Shown here: positions 35,954 through 49,976 of the stretch, piece after piece
How positions within the stretch are numbered: position 1 is the stretch's first letter
Layout: each line of letters starts with the position of its first letter
Origin: an uncultured Chloroflexia bacterium
GTDB lineage: Bacteria > Chloroflexota > Dehalococcoidia > Dehalococcoidales > RBG-16-60-22
Reading direction: 5' to 3'
Assembly: GCA_963727315.1 (NCBI GenBank)
Contig: CAVSFE010000002.1
Coordinates: 215,560-279,559 of the forward strand
Length of the DNA: 64,000 nucleotides
Program-made: the position numbers and the translations under genes
The notes under the pieces: model-generated
Told to the model about the DNA's origin: nothing
Databases searched by the model: none
Seen by the model: the letters and a program-made list of their open reading frames with translations, nothing else

Positions 35954-36777
35954 GTGAAGTGCCCGCACTGCCAGGCTGAAAATCCCGAAGGTTCAGAATA
36001 TTGTAGAACATGTGGACAATCGCTGCGGCTTGAAACAGTGTGTCCCAAATGTGGGCATAGTAACCTGCATGATAGTGCGTTCTGCAACAAGTGTGGTCAA
36101 CCCCTGGCAGAAAAGGAACTACTACTCGCCAAACCGTCTTCCCCCTGCCCGCCTCCTTTGCCGGCGGCCGCTATCAGGTCAAGAAGTTTTTAGGAGAAGG
36201 CGGCAAGAAAAAAGTCTACCTCGCCCACGATACCGTACTAGATAGAGATGTCGCCTTCGCCCTCATCAAGACCGAGAAGCTGGACGAAGTCGCCCGCACC
36301 CGCATCAAGCGCGAGGCCCGCGCCATGGGAAAACTCGGTGTAAAACGGCCTGGTAGCGGCACCGCCGAGGATATGACGGCAGCTTATTTGGACAATGCCT
36401 ATCTTGAGGTTGCTGTATTGGTCGGGCATCAGCGGTCTGCCGAGCTGCTATTGAAACGTTTGGTCAAATGCAGCCAGTATAATCTTGAAGGTTCATGCGT
36501 GGCCCGCAATCTGGGCGGGGCGGCAGCACTCTTGGGTAAATATGGAGAAGCCCGCAAATATTACCAAGAAGCCATTAGAATCTGCACGGAGATGAGGTTT
36601 CGCCCGGAGCTTGCTCTCTCTCGCCTCCAGCTTGCCGAGCTTTTGCTGGAGCACTACCCGGATGAGAAAAAGGAAGCATTAGAGCACCTGGACTTTGCCA
36701 TCAGGGAGTTCCGCGAGATGAAGATGCAGCCCTCGCTGGAGCGTGCCTTACGCCATAAGGATATACTGAAAGCATAG
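35954..36777 (+). pseudogene. Relic of a large Zn-ribbon / Ser-Thr kinase / TPR regulator: kinase truncated after the N-lobe, one frame break
   Basis: Double zinc ribbon (CPHCQ…CRTCG, CPKCG…CNKCG). After a break near 36120 the text reads FAGGRYQVKKFLGEGGKKKVYLAHD…VAFALIK (Gly-loop and Lys of a kinase). No HRD/DFG follows, and the sequence jumps to a TPR-like tail (…LLGKYGEARKYYQEAIRIC…). Confidence 0.55.
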
Positions 36778-36819
36778 TATCTATCGGCGTTACCAATTCA
36801 GATTTTCTTGGAGGTTATA

Positions 36820-36897
36820 ATGAGCAAGTCAGTCAAAGGTACCCAGACAGAAAAGAATGTGTTAAAAGAAGCGTCGAAAGAATGTCCCGCCTGCTAA
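36820..36897 (+). pseudogene. Relic: N-terminal 18-20 codons of a rubrerythrin-type gene
   Basis: MSKSVKGTQTEKNVLKEA… matches the common rubrerythrin start (M.SLKGT.TEKNL..AF) and then terminates after 25 codons. GGAGG lies upstream. Confidence 0.4.
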
Positions 36898-36982
36898 CAC
36901 GCCCAGGTATATTACGAATAACTAGCGGAGAATTATTAAAAAAGAAGACCTGATCTTAATAAGATAATTAAAGGAGGAGGAA

Positions 36983-38452
36983 ATGCCAAAAAAGAATGAT
37001 ATTAATAAGAAACTGACCACCGTTGCTGGCGCTCCGGTCCCGGATAACCAGAATACGATGACCGCCGGTCCCCGGGGCCCCGCATTATTACAGGACGTAT
37101 GGTTCCTGGAAAAACTAGGCCATTTTGACCGTGAGGTTATTCCCGAGCGGCGCATGCACGCCAAAGGTTCCGGCGCTTTCGGTAACTTCACAGTTACCCA
37201 CGATATTACCCGCTATACCAAAGCCAAAATCTTTTCCGCCGTGGGTAAAAAGACCGATCTTTTCCTACGATTTTCCACGGTAGCGGGAGAACGTGGCGCC
37301 GCCGATGCCGAGCGTGATATCCGTGGGTTTGCTATCAAGTTCTACACAGAAGAAGGCAACTGGGATTTGGTCGGCAACAATACCCCCGTATTCTTCCTGC
37401 GCGACCCGCTGAAGTTTCCTGACCTGAACCATGCTGTCAAGAGGGACCCCCATACCAATATGCGCAGCGCTCGGAACCAGTGGGACTTCTTCACGTCCCT
37501 TCCAGAGGCACTGCACCAGGTGACCATCGTCATGAGCGACCGCGGTATCCCTTATTCTTACCGCCACATGCACGGATTTGGCAGCCACACTTTCAGCCTC
37601 ATCAATGCCAAGAACGAAAGGCACTGGGTTAAGTTCCATCTCAAAACCCAACAGGGTATTCGTAACCTGACAGATGAAGAAGCCCAGGCAATCATTGCTA
37701 AGGACCGCGAGAGCCACCAGCGTGACCTCTTTGAAAGCATCTCGAAGGGGGATTATCCCCGCTGGACGATGTATATTCAAATCATGCCCGAAAAAGAAGC
37801 AGCGACCTACCTCTTCAATCCATTCGACCTCACCAAAGTCTGGTTGCATAAGGACTACCCATTGATTGAGGTGGGTGTGCTGGAGCTTAACCGCAACCCC
37901 GCAAACTATTTTGCGGATGTCGAGCAAGCGGCTTTCAACCCGGCCAACATCGTCCCTGGTATCGGTTTCTCTCCGGACAAGATGCTGCAAGGTCGGCTTT
38001 TCTCCTACGGTGATGCTCAGCGTTATCGTTTGGGGGTTAATCATCATTTAATTCCGGTCAACGCTCCCCGCTGCCCTGTTAACAGCTTCCATCGCGACGG
38101 CGCCATGCGGGTTGACGGCAACCACGGCAGTACGCTTGGTTATGAACCCAATAGCTACGGCGAGTGGCAACAGCAACCCGATTTTACCGAACCGCCGCTC
38201 AAATTAGAAGGTGCCGCTGACCGGTGGAATCATCGTGAAGATACTGATTACTATACTCAACCGGGTTTACTCTTCCGCCTGATGAAACCTGAGCAACAGA
38301 AAGCACTCTTTGAAAACACCGCTCGTGATATTGGCAGTACGCCGAAAGAAATTAAAATCAAGCATATCAGCCACTGCCTAAAGGCCGACAGGGCTTATGG
38401 CGAAGGTGTCGCCCAAGCTACGGGGATAAAACTTAGCGAAATCCCGAAATAA
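36983..38452 (+). CDS. katA: Monofunctional haem catalase (small-subunit type)
   Basis: 489 aa with GGAGGAGG upstream. [52 protein letters not shown], proximal Tyr region [14 protein letters not shown]. Confidence 0.95.
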   Translation: MPKKNDINKKLTTVAGAPVPDNQNTMTAGPRGPALLQDVWFLEKLGHFDREVIPERRMHAKGSGAFGNFTVTHDITRYTKAKIFSAVGKKTDLFLRFSTVAGERGAADAERDIRGFAIKFYTEEGNWDLVGNNTPVFFLRDPLKFPDLNHAVKRDPHTNMRSARNQWDFFTSLPEALHQVTIVMSDRGIPYSYRHMHGFGSHTFSLINAKNERHWVKFHLKTQQGIRNLTDEEAQAIIAKDRESHQRDLFESISKGDYPRWTMYIQIMPEKEAATYLFNPFDLTKVWLHKDYPLIEVGVLELNRNPANYFADVEQAAFNPANIVPGIGFSPDKMLQGRLFSYGDAQRYRLGVNHHLIPVNAPRCPVNSFHRDGAMRVDGNHGSTLGYEPNSYGEWQQQPDFTEPPLKLEGAADRWNHREDTDYYTQPGLLFRLMKPEQQKALFENTARDIGSTPKEIKIKHISHCLKADRAYGEGVAQATGIKLSEIPK

Positions 38453-38628
38453 TATTACTAATATAATATATGACTCCCGAACCCCGGGAGGGGGACGATA
38501 AACGTGCCAGTTCTTGTCCTCATTGATGAAACTTCGCACAAAACACCATGGTATAGAACTTGACAAGATTGCTATCTAATATATATAATACTTAGGTTAA
38601 CTCGAAATATTTTGTATATATTAATAAT

Positions 38629-39120
38629 ATGGTGCAATCGAATAACAAAGAGAGCCGAGCCCTGATCAAGCGAATCTTGAAGTTAGCCGAGGAAATTTTT
38701 CGAGAAATAAAACCGATTATCCCTTCCGAATGGCTGACCTCGGATGTTACCGTAGCCCAACTGAGAGTTCTGCTTGTCCTGTATGCCCAAGGGTCGAGCC
38801 GGATGAGCTCTATCGCTTCCCGCATAGGCATCGCGATATCAACGGCCACCAGTATCGTTGATAACCTGGTAAAAAAAAGCCTGGTGGTACGGAGTGATGT
38901 TCCTGAAGACCGCCGTCTGGTTATCTGTACACTATCTCCCGAAGGGAAAAAACTCATTAACCGGCTATGGATGTTGGGACGAGTCCAAATAGAGAAGCTC
39001 CTGCAAGGCCTTACTCTGGAACAGCTTAAAAAGGCAGCGGAAGTGGCCGGGTTTATCCTTTCCAGCGCTCAATCGAACAGCACAAACCGTCAGATGTCGG
39101 CCGGGGAGAGCGAGGGCTAA
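38629..39120 (+). CDS. MarR-family transcriptional regulator
   Basis: 163 aa. Winged-helix region VTVAQLRVLLVLYAQGSSRMSSIASRIGIAISTATSIVDNLVKKSLVVRSDVPEDRRLV. The stop abuts the MMPL start. Confidence 0.85.
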   Translation: MVQSNNKESRALIKRILKLAEEIFREIKPIIPSEWLTSDVTVAQLRVLLVLYAQGSSRMSSIASRIGIAISTATSIVDNLVKKSLVVRSDVPEDRRLVICTLSPEGKKLINRLWMLGRVQIEKLLQGLTLEQLKKAAEVAGFILSSAQSNSTNRQMSAGESEG

Positions 39121-41623
39121 ATGGTATTTTCCGCCATAGCCAGATTCGCGCAGAAATACCGCATAGTAGTCGTCATTGTCTGGATAGCGGCCGCCGCGGC
39201 CCTATATCTTGGCGCACCGCCGTTTTCCGACGTGGCGGTGACTGATGAAAGCCAGTTCCTTCCCCAGGATACCCAGTCCGCTGCGGCGACAAAACTTCTC
39301 AAAGAGAAGTTTGCGGCCGGCGCCGAGACACCAGCGAGCAGCGGCATCATCGTCATTTACAATCCCGACGGGCTGGCGGATGAAAATATGCAGGAGGCAA
39401 AAGTCATCCGGGACTGGCTGGTCTCCAGCTCAGCACCGGGAGCCATCGAACGAGTTACCTCGGTTTTCGACAGCGACCTGCTCCGCCAGACACTCATAAG
39501 CCCGGACCAGACCACCATGATGATGATGGTATATTTCTCAAATACGGCTCTATCCGATGAAGCCAAAACAGCCGTAAGCCAGATTAGAGAATACATCGGC
39601 AGCAATCACCCCGACATCATGGCATACTTTACCGGGGAAACCGGACTGATACAAGACCTGTTCCAATCTGTCCAGCAGACCGTAAGCAAAACCACCATCG
39701 TCACCATTATACTGGTGCTCATTATCTTGCTCATCATTTACCGTTCGCCGGTGGCGGCATTGCTGCCCTTGGTTGCCATCGGCTGCAGTTTCCTGGCATC
39801 CATGGGCATACTCGGCTTCCTGGGCCAAGCCGGCGTGAAATTTTTCACGCTGATGGAAGCCTACCTGGTCGTCGTTATCTTCGGTGTGGGCACCGATTAT
39901 TGTCTTTTCATCGTGTCCCGCTTCCGGGAAGAACGTAAAAAGACCGGGTCGGTTGAAGCTCTGAACTATTCCATGAGACGTATCGGGCCGGTCATAGCCG
40001 CCAGCGCCCTCACTGTCATCGTCGCCTTCCTCTGCCTGGGCCTGTCACGTTTCGGTATGAATCAAACTTCAGGATATGCCCTGGCACTCGGTATAGGCAT
40101 CACCCTGCTGGCGGGCTTAACGCTGGTGCCGGCGCTGATGTCGCTTTTCGGCAAATACCTCTTCTGGCCGGGCTGGGCATCCAGGTCGCGTGGCGAAGGA
40201 AGGTTCAGCTGGGCCAGGGTCGGCGACTGGATAGTGCGGCACCCGCTTGATATTTGCCTTGCCTATCATCGTATTGCTGCTAATTCCGTACGTCGCGTTT
40301 TCACACTTCACGAAAACCAATGACATCATCAGCCAGATGCCCGACAGCACGCCATCGGTACAGGGCTATAAATTGATGGAAGAGCACTTCCCGGCGGGTG
40401 AGCTATCGCCGGTATTTCTCCTCATAGAGTCTCCCGGAGGGAATATTACCGGACCGGACTCCCGGCCATCAATAACTGCGATAGCCCAATCACTGCAAAA
40501 CGTACCCGGTGTTTCCCGGGTTGACTATTATTCGGCACCGAGCAGCCAGCTATCGGCGCTGGCGGCGCAGGTGCGCGGAACCGGAGATGCAATGGGCCAA
40601 GGTACCAGCAATGTTTCCGTGCTTCACACGGTCGGTAATACATTGCAGGGACTGGTCCTGCAATATCCGGGAATTGTGCAAAGCCAGAATTTCCAGCAGA
40701 TACAGACCAGCCTGGGCGAAGCTTCGACGCTGTCCGGTCAAATTTCCACGGCCGACCCGGCCAGTCTGCCGGCACTGTTAACACAATTGCAGACCGCCAT
40801 GTATAATATTGCCGACAGCCTGGTAGCTCTCGTTGGAGAGTTTAACCTCACCGACAGCAGTCCCTTTACCGCTTCTCTCCTTAATACTTACTTTTCTACC
40901 GATGGAACCATGGCGAGAATCAACATCGCGCTGGCCAGCAGTCCCTATGCCTCGGAAACCGTGGACACGATTATCAGTCTCCGGGAAGCAGCTGATAGAG
41001 GCATCGGCTCATCCAGTTTGAAAGGGGGGGCTTACTACGTCGGCGGGGAAAGCGCCATACGCGCTGATATCATGATAACCAACGATGCCGACTTCGGCAT
41101 GGTGTTCGGCGCCGCCATTGCCGGAATACTGGTTGTGATAATAATCCTGCTCCGCAGTCTGGTCGCCCCCCTGTATATGGTCGCGACCGTTCTCCTAAAT
41201 TACGGTGCCACGCTGGGCATTACGACATGGATCTTCACCAGCATCCTGAAGCAGAGCGGCATGATTTATATGTTGCCGATTTTTATATTTATTGTTCTGG
41301 TAGCTCTGGGAGCCGATTACAATATATTCCTTGTTTCACGCATCAAGGAAGAGGCCCATCAGCGGCCGTTAAAAGAAGCCATAACTCATGCTTTAGCCAA
41401 TACCGGCGGCGTAATAACGTCATGCGGTATTATCCTGGCCGGGACCTTCGCCACTCTGGTGGCATCATCCCTCCAGATGGTAATGCAAATCGGTACTGCC
41501 ATAGCTATAGGCATAATCATCGATACTTTTGTGGTTCGGGCGCTGCTGGTACCGTCAATCGCGGTACTAATCGGACGCTGGAACTGGTGGCCATTCCATT
41601 TGCAGCCACCACCCCGAGAGTGA
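39121..41623 (+). pseudogene. MMPL-family (RND superfamily) membrane transporter, one frame break as assembled
   Basis: Two homologous halves each end in a 5-6 TM bundle (…GTDYCLFIVSRFREE… and …GADYNIFLVSRIKEE…). The reading frames join near 40245 (…VRHP / LIFALPIIVLLL…). Confidence 0.8.
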
Positions 41624-41651
41624 AAGGTGAATATAGCTAATGGCGTCTGGA

Positions 41652-41728
41652 TGGTGGGCGGTAGAGGACTTGAACCACTGACCTCCGCGATGTCAACGCG
41701 GCGCTCTAACCAGCTGAGCTAACCGCCC
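41652..41728 (-). tRNA. tRNA-Val (anticodon GAC)
   Basis: 77 nt. Acceptor GGGCGGT/ACCGCCC, D arm GCTC-AGCTGGTTA-GAGC, anticodon stem CCGCG/CGCGG with loop TTGACAT, T arm AGTGG-TTCAAGT-CCTCT (one U-U mismatch), encoded CCA. Confidence 0.9.
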
Positions 41729-41872
41729 GTAACTCTAGTTATTCTACTAGATACCTGTTTTCCCGTCAACCACTTACAGATGCCATTTTTACCCCGATGT
41801 GATAAAATACTCTCCAAACATGTCACACGCGGCGGAAACCGGCTACCGGGATAGACCTGGAGGACGGCATAA

Positions 41873-42955
41873 ATGAATGCGCTCAAACGCGCGGGGACAG
41901 GGTTTTTGAGCTTCCTGCTGCTGATATCCCTGTCCGTCTTCGGCATGATGTTTCTCGTCAATAGCACCGCGCTTAAACCCGATTTCGTCGCGGCGCAGGT
42001 GGACAAGCTCGATATGACCGCCGCGGCGCGTGACTACGCCGATGAGTCCATCAGCGAGGAATCGCCGCAGGACGTGACATTCCTGAAAGAAGCCGTTTAC
42101 CATGTTATCGCCGACCAGGAACCCTGGCTAAAAGAGCAGCTGGACCATGCTGTCTACATCGGCTACGACTATTTATTGGGGAAAAGCGAGCACCTTGAAA
42201 TCAATATTCCCCTGGACGATTTGAAGACAAACATCAGGGACAGCCTGTGGCAGACGCTGCAAAAATTCCTTGCCCGGGAGGCATCGTCGGTCCCGCCCGA
42301 CCTGCTCATGCCCTATATCGACGAACATTACCAGGAGATAGTTCCCCTGATTCCCTCGCAGTATTTGCCGCCGGGGATGGTCGGCCTGACCGGCCCGGCG
42401 CTCAGGAACTACCTCGACACGCACTATGATGAGGTCACGGCCATGCTCCAGAAGGCTTTCATGGTGCCGGGCGTATCCGGCCTGATCCTCGGGCAGATTC
42501 AGCCGTATTTCGACCGCTATTACGACGATTTCATCGCTGATTTTCCCGACGCCATAACCGAGAACGATTTACCCGCGGATGTCACGGACGGCCTGCAGAT
42601 GGCCAGGAGCAGCATCGGCTACTTCTATATCGTTTACTACGCCCTGATTGCCTTTATGGTCTTGCTGGTCGCCGGCATCATCCTGATAAATCGCAATATC
42701 AAAGAAATCTGCCGGGCCATGGGAATAGTCTTTCTCATTTACGGGGTCGCGGAATTTGCCGGCGTCCTTTTCGTCAGATATTTCGATTTTATCCGGTTTA
42801 TTCCGGACCTGCCGTCTTCGCTGAAGGGTTGGCTCCCCGGCGTCATCAAAGACTCCCTGCTACCGCTGCAATGGTTCAGCCTAGGCATATTGATTCTCGG
42901 GGGAGTCCTTATCGCCGTTTTTATTGTCTATAAGCCGCGGCCGGTGCAGGAATAG
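41873..42955 (+). CDS. Hypothetical membrane protein (N-terminal anchor, large external domain, C-terminal TM bundle)
   Basis: 360 aa with coding-type GC3. One TM near the N-terminus and about 4 TM at the C-terminus. No motif recognised. Confidence 0.55.
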   Translation: MNALKRAGTGFLSFLLLISLSVFGMMFLVNSTALKPDFVAAQVDKLDMTAAARDYADESISEESPQDVTFLKEAVYHVIADQEPWLKEQLDHAVYIGYDYLLGKSEHLEINIPLDDLKTNIRDSLWQTLQKFLAREASSVPPDLLMPYIDEHYQEIVPLIPSQYLPPGMVGLTGPALRNYLDTHYDEVTAMLQKAFMVPGVSGLILGQIQPYFDRYYDDFIADFPDAITENDLPADVTDGLQMARSSIGYFYIVYYALIAFMVLLVAGIILINRNIKEICRAMGIVFLIYGVAEFAGVLFVRYFDFIRFIPDLPSSLKGWLPGVIKDSLLPLQWFSLGILILGGVLIAVFIVYKPRPVQE

Positions 42956-42967
42956 TATATCGTAATT

Positions 42968-43648
42968 TTACGACGCTCTCTTTTTCCTCCTTAGCCACCA
43001 CCCTATTCCTCCCAGGATAATTGCCCCCACGGCTGTGGCGATGGCGCAAAACAGCGCCACATCGAACCAGAACCCCTGCGGAAAGAGCATGATGAGATAA
43101 TCTCTAGTGGGGTCCAATATCCAGAAATCGTTGGCGAAGCTAAGCAGGTGAAACTGTAGAAAAAATTGGTCGAAGTCGAACGCGATCACCAGCCCCAGCG
43201 CCAGCATGAATAACAGCGTAAGGCCGCCCCCGAAAAACAGTCCCCCGCCCAGCCGCCGTTTATCCCGCCACCAGAATAAACAGGCCCCGATGAAGACCAG
43301 GGCGTAGACTCCCGTCCCCAGCAATATTTTGTATACCAGCCGGAAAAGCCCCTTGACGTCTTTGAGGTGGGCGACCTCGCGTTCGTTAAAAAGCGTAAAA
43401 GGCTGGCCGTCCTTCTCCACGGTAATGTTGATATATTCCTCGTCGTTATTGAAGTAGCCGATGAGTCCCCGGGCGGCTTTGTCGAGCTCCGCTGGCGCCA
43501 GTCCCGTCACCTGGTCGACATCGTATTTCTCGAAGCCGTATTTATAAAGCCAGATGCAGTTCGCCGCGGCGCTCACACTGGCCGTCAGGAGCAGAATCGG
43601 CAGGCAGAGCGAGAACAGCCATTGGGCGATAGTCTTGAGGATAGTCAT
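42968..43648 (-). CDS. TIGR01906/DUF1461-family integral membrane protein (Lit-like)
   Basis: FNEREVAHLKDVKGLF…FLQFHLLSFANDFWILDPTRDYLIMLFPQGFW matches my recollection of the DUF1461 pattern. ATG 43648 is chosen because the longer ORF would overlap the dnaE start. Confidence 0.55.
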   Translation of the reverse strand: MTILKTIAQWLFSLCLPILLLTASVSAAANCIWLYKYGFEKYDVDQVTGLAPAELDKAARGLIGYFNNDEEYINITVEKDGQPFTLFNEREVAHLKDVKGLFRLVYKILLGTGVYALVFIGACLFWWRDKRRLGGGLFFGGGLTLLFMLALGLVIAFDFDQFFLQFHLLSFANDFWILDPTRDYLIMLFPQGFWFDVALFCAIATAVGAIILGGIGWWLRRKKRAS

Positions 43649-43708
43649 CGCTATCTTGATTTTACACCCCTGTGTTATAATTAACCAGATTTCCGCGCCG
43701 GGAGAACG

Positions 43709-47223
<3,515 letters not shown>

Positions 47224-47227
47224 TCTT

Positions 47228-47446
47228 TTATTTCTTCGGTTCCGTCAGTTCCTCGGTAATGTCGCGTGACATCTTCAGGAACAGTTTCTTCAGCCTCTTC
47301 ATGACGTCCTGGGCGGCCTTTTCGCCGGCCATCCTCGCCTCGTCCGCCGCCGCTCTGGCGTCCGCCGCCGCCGCTTCGATTTCATCCAGGAGCTCCGGGA
47401 GCGGTTTGCTGAAAATATCGTGCTTGGGTGTCACTTTGTCGGCCAT
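47228..47446 (-). CDS. Hypothetical small Ala/Glu/Lys-rich helical protein
   Basis: 72 aa with GGAG upstream, convergent with dnaE. No recognised motif. Confidence 0.4.
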   Translation of the reverse strand: MADKVTPKHDIFSKPLPELLDEIEAAAADARAAADEARMAGEKAAQDVMKRLKKLFLKMSRDITEELTEPKK

Positions 47447-47535
47447 ATTTATCTCCTTAAAGCGTCATTCCGACTCTTTATGTATAATTATAACACAAGA
47501 TAAATCTGGAAACCTCCACCGCTTGGTGCTAGAAT

Positions 47536-48375
47536 ATGATAACTAAAGTACCGGGTATGGTTATGGAAAAACCGGAAAAACCTTCTGAAGATCGTCATCG
47601 GGGCCACCGTAAGAGGCTGCGGGAAAAGTTCCTGAGGTCCGGCCTGCCGGCCTTTCACGATTACGAAATTATCGAGCTGCTCCTCAGCCTGGGCACGCCG
47701 CGCAGGGACTGCAAGGTACCGGCGAAAGAAGCCATAAAAAGGTTCCATACGCTACGCGGTGTCCTCGAAGCCCCCGCCGAAGAGCTGGAGCAGATCGCCG
47801 GCATCGGGGCGAAAAGCGCCTTCGCCATAAAGCTGGTGCAGGAGGTCGCCCGCGAGTTCCTCAAGGCAAGGATACTGGAAAAACCCTTTTATCGCTCCTC
47901 CCAGGAGGTCTTCGACTACCTCTACCATGCCATGCGAGACCTCAAGAAGGAGACTTTCAAGGTGCTTTATCTGAACAGCCAGAACCAGATTATCGATACG
48001 GTCAACCTTGCCGAAGGCACGGTCAACGGCGGCGCCATTTCTACCCGCGAGGTCGTCGAGGGGGCCGTAAAAAACCATGGCACCGGGCTGGTCTTCGTCC
48101 ACAACCACCCCTCCGGTAATCCCGAGCCCAGCCCGAGCGATAAATCGTTGACCCGTGAGCTCGTCTACGCCGGCAAGGTGATGCGGCTCCGTGTCCTCGA
48201 CCACATCGTCATCGGCGATAACCGCTATTTCAGTTTCGCCGCCGAAGGGCTTATCGAGGAATACGAAACGGATTACCTCAATCTCATGTTAAGAGGCACC
48301 GCGGAGTCCCGGCGGAGACTTTACCGGGCTTCTCCCATCTCAAACATCCCCTCTACCGCCAAAAATAAGCCTTAA
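47536..48375 (+). CDS. radC: RadC-family JAB-domain protein
   Basis: HRKRLREKFL, a helix-hairpin-helix-like region (LEQIAGIGAKSA), and the JAMM motif HNHPSGNPEPSPSD. The start could be a downstream ATG (about 47557). Confidence 0.85.
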   Translation: MITKVPGMVMEKPEKPSEDRHRGHRKRLREKFLRSGLPAFHDYEIIELLLSLGTPRRDCKVPAKEAIKRFHTLRGVLEAPAEELEQIAGIGAKSAFAIKLVQEVAREFLKARILEKPFYRSSQEVFDYLYHAMRDLKKETFKVLYLNSQNQIIDTVNLAEGTVNGGAISTREVVEGAVKNHGTGLVFVHNHPSGNPEPSPSDKSLTRELVYAGKVMRLRVLDHIVIGDNRYFSFAAEGLIEEYETDYLNLMLRGTAESRRRLYRASPISNIPSTAKNKP

Positions 48376-48450
48376 GGACACTTGTCAAACGGCTTCATTT
48401 CAGGTTATACTAGTAAGGTTTATTCTTATTTTGGTTGGGAGGAGGACCTC

Positions 48451-48663
48451 ATGGAACTAACTGCTTTCCCCAAGTGTCAGAAGTGCAATTCTGGAGACCT
48501 GGTGCCTTTATCGGACTTCGGCAGCCAGGGGGCATCTATCCAGTATAAAGCCTGGGTCTGCACTAATCCCGATTGCGGCTTCAATCTGAAAATCCGCAAC
48601 GGTGACGTCTATAGAGACGAACCTATCATGAGCGGCACGCTCCATAACTCCCGGCCCCGATAG
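48451..48663 (+). CDS. Small zinc-ribbon protein
   Basis: 70 aa from the ATG after GGGAGGAGG. CQKC…17…CTNPDC cysteine pairs. Confidence 0.5.
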   Translation: MELTAFPKCQKCNSGDLVPLSDFGSQGASIQYKAWVCTNPDCGFNLKIRNGDVYRDEPIMSGTLHNSRPR

Positions 48664-48698
48664 TATCGGGGGAGTCCAGTAAAAAAAGCGGACTGCGG

Positions 48699-49409
48699 AT
48701 GGCAAATGTGCTTCCTCATATTACCGGTCTCAAGAGGGTAGCACTTGACCTGCTTTTTCCCCGCTGGTGCATCGGCTGCGGGAAAGAAGACGATTATATT
48801 TGCCGCGCCTGCCGCGAGCTCATGCAGGTCATTACTCCACCGATTTGCCCCGTATGCGGGCGCCCCAACTCTCAAGGGAGCGTTTGCCCCGACTGCCGTG
48901 ACACGCGGGCGCAGTTGGACGGCGTCCGCGCCCCGTTCGTTTTCGAAGGCATCATACGGCAGGCTATCCACGAGCTGAAGTACCGCAACCTGAGGGCGCT
49001 CGCGCCGGCGATGGCCGGGTGGCTCTACGACTACCTGGTCGAAAACCCTGTGGCGGCGGACGTGCTGGTGCCGGTGCCGCTGCATCATAAAAGACTTCGC
49101 GACCGCGGCTACAACCAGTCCGCTCTGCTGGCCGGAGAGCTCGGCCGGCTCAGCGGCCTGCCCGTGGCCACAGACGGCCTCGTCCGCCACCTTTACGCCG
49201 CGCCCCAGGCGAGGTCGGCCGGCGTCAGCGAGCGGCAGAGAAACGTCGCCGATGCTTTTACCTGTCCCGACCGCCGGTTCGACGGACAGCGCGTGCTCCT
49301 GATAGACGACGTTTCTACCTCCGGGGCCACTCTTAACGCCTGCGCCGGGTCGCTCAGGTCCGCCGGGGCCGTTCAGGTGTGGGGACTGGTGGTGGCACTG
49401 GAACTATAG
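48699..49409 (+). CDS. comF: ComF-family protein (phosphoribosyltransferase domain with N-terminal Zn finger)
   Basis: CIGCG…CRAC…CPVCG…CPDC, then VPVPLHHKRLRDRGYNQS and the PRTase loop VLLIDDVSTSGATL. Confidence 0.85.
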   Translation: MANVLPHITGLKRVALDLLFPRWCIGCGKEDDYICRACRELMQVITPPICPVCGRPNSQGSVCPDCRDTRAQLDGVRAPFVFEGIIRQAIHELKYRNLRALAPAMAGWLYDYLVENPVAADVLVPVPLHHKRLRDRGYNQSALLAGELGRLSGLPVATDGLVRHLYAAPQARSAGVSERQRNVADAFTCPDRRFDGQRVLLIDDVSTSGATLNACAGSLRSAGAVQVWGLVVALEL

Positions 49410-49427
49410 AAAGAGGAGCCTGGAAAG

Positions 49428-49976
49428 ATGGAATTACAGATAGCCGGGACCAATACGGAAATTACGCCAGCCGCGCAGCGCTATATCGAACGTAAACTGG
49501 GCAAGCTTAACAAGCACCTGCCCGATATTATCGACGTAAAAGCCGAAATTTCCGAGGAGAAAACGCGATCGCCGCAGCAGCGCTACCTGGTGCGGGTGAC
49601 GGTCAATAGCGGCGTGGCCGGCGCGGTCTTTCACGGCGAGGAGAGGGGCGAGGACCTGTTCAAGGCAATCGACCGGGTGGTGAACATCATGACCCGGCAG
49701 CTAGAACGCCACAAGGGCAAGCTCTACGACCGGGGCCGGGGCAGCCTGCTGGCCAGGGGCAAGTATCGGGAGTCGCCGCCGCCTGTCGCCGAGAGGAAAG
49801 TGGTCAAGACCAAGCATTTCATCATCGAGCCGATGTCCCGCGAAGAGGCCATCGCCCGGATGGAACAACTCGGTCACGATTTTTTCCTTTTCGTTGACGC
49901 CGATGTCCAGGAGGTCCGGCTGCTGTACCGGCGCAAGGACGGCAACTACGGCCTCATCGAGCCGGAATTCAAATAG
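49428..49976 (+). CDS. hpf: Ribosome hibernation-promoting factor (long HPF)
   Basis: 182 aa. N-terminal sigma-54-modulation fold (ITPAAQRYIERKLGKL). The C-terminal dimerisation domain ends in FLFVDADVQEVRLLYRRKDGNYGLIEP. Confidence 0.9.
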   Translation: MELQIAGTNTEITPAAQRYIERKLGKLNKHLPDIIDVKAEISEEKTRSPQQRYLVRVTVNSGVAGAVFHGEERGEDLFKAIDRVVNIMTRQLERHKGKLYDRGRGSLLARGKYRESPPPVAERKVVKTKHFIIEPMSREEAIARMEQLGHDFFLFVDADVQEVRLLYRRKDGNYGLIEPEFK

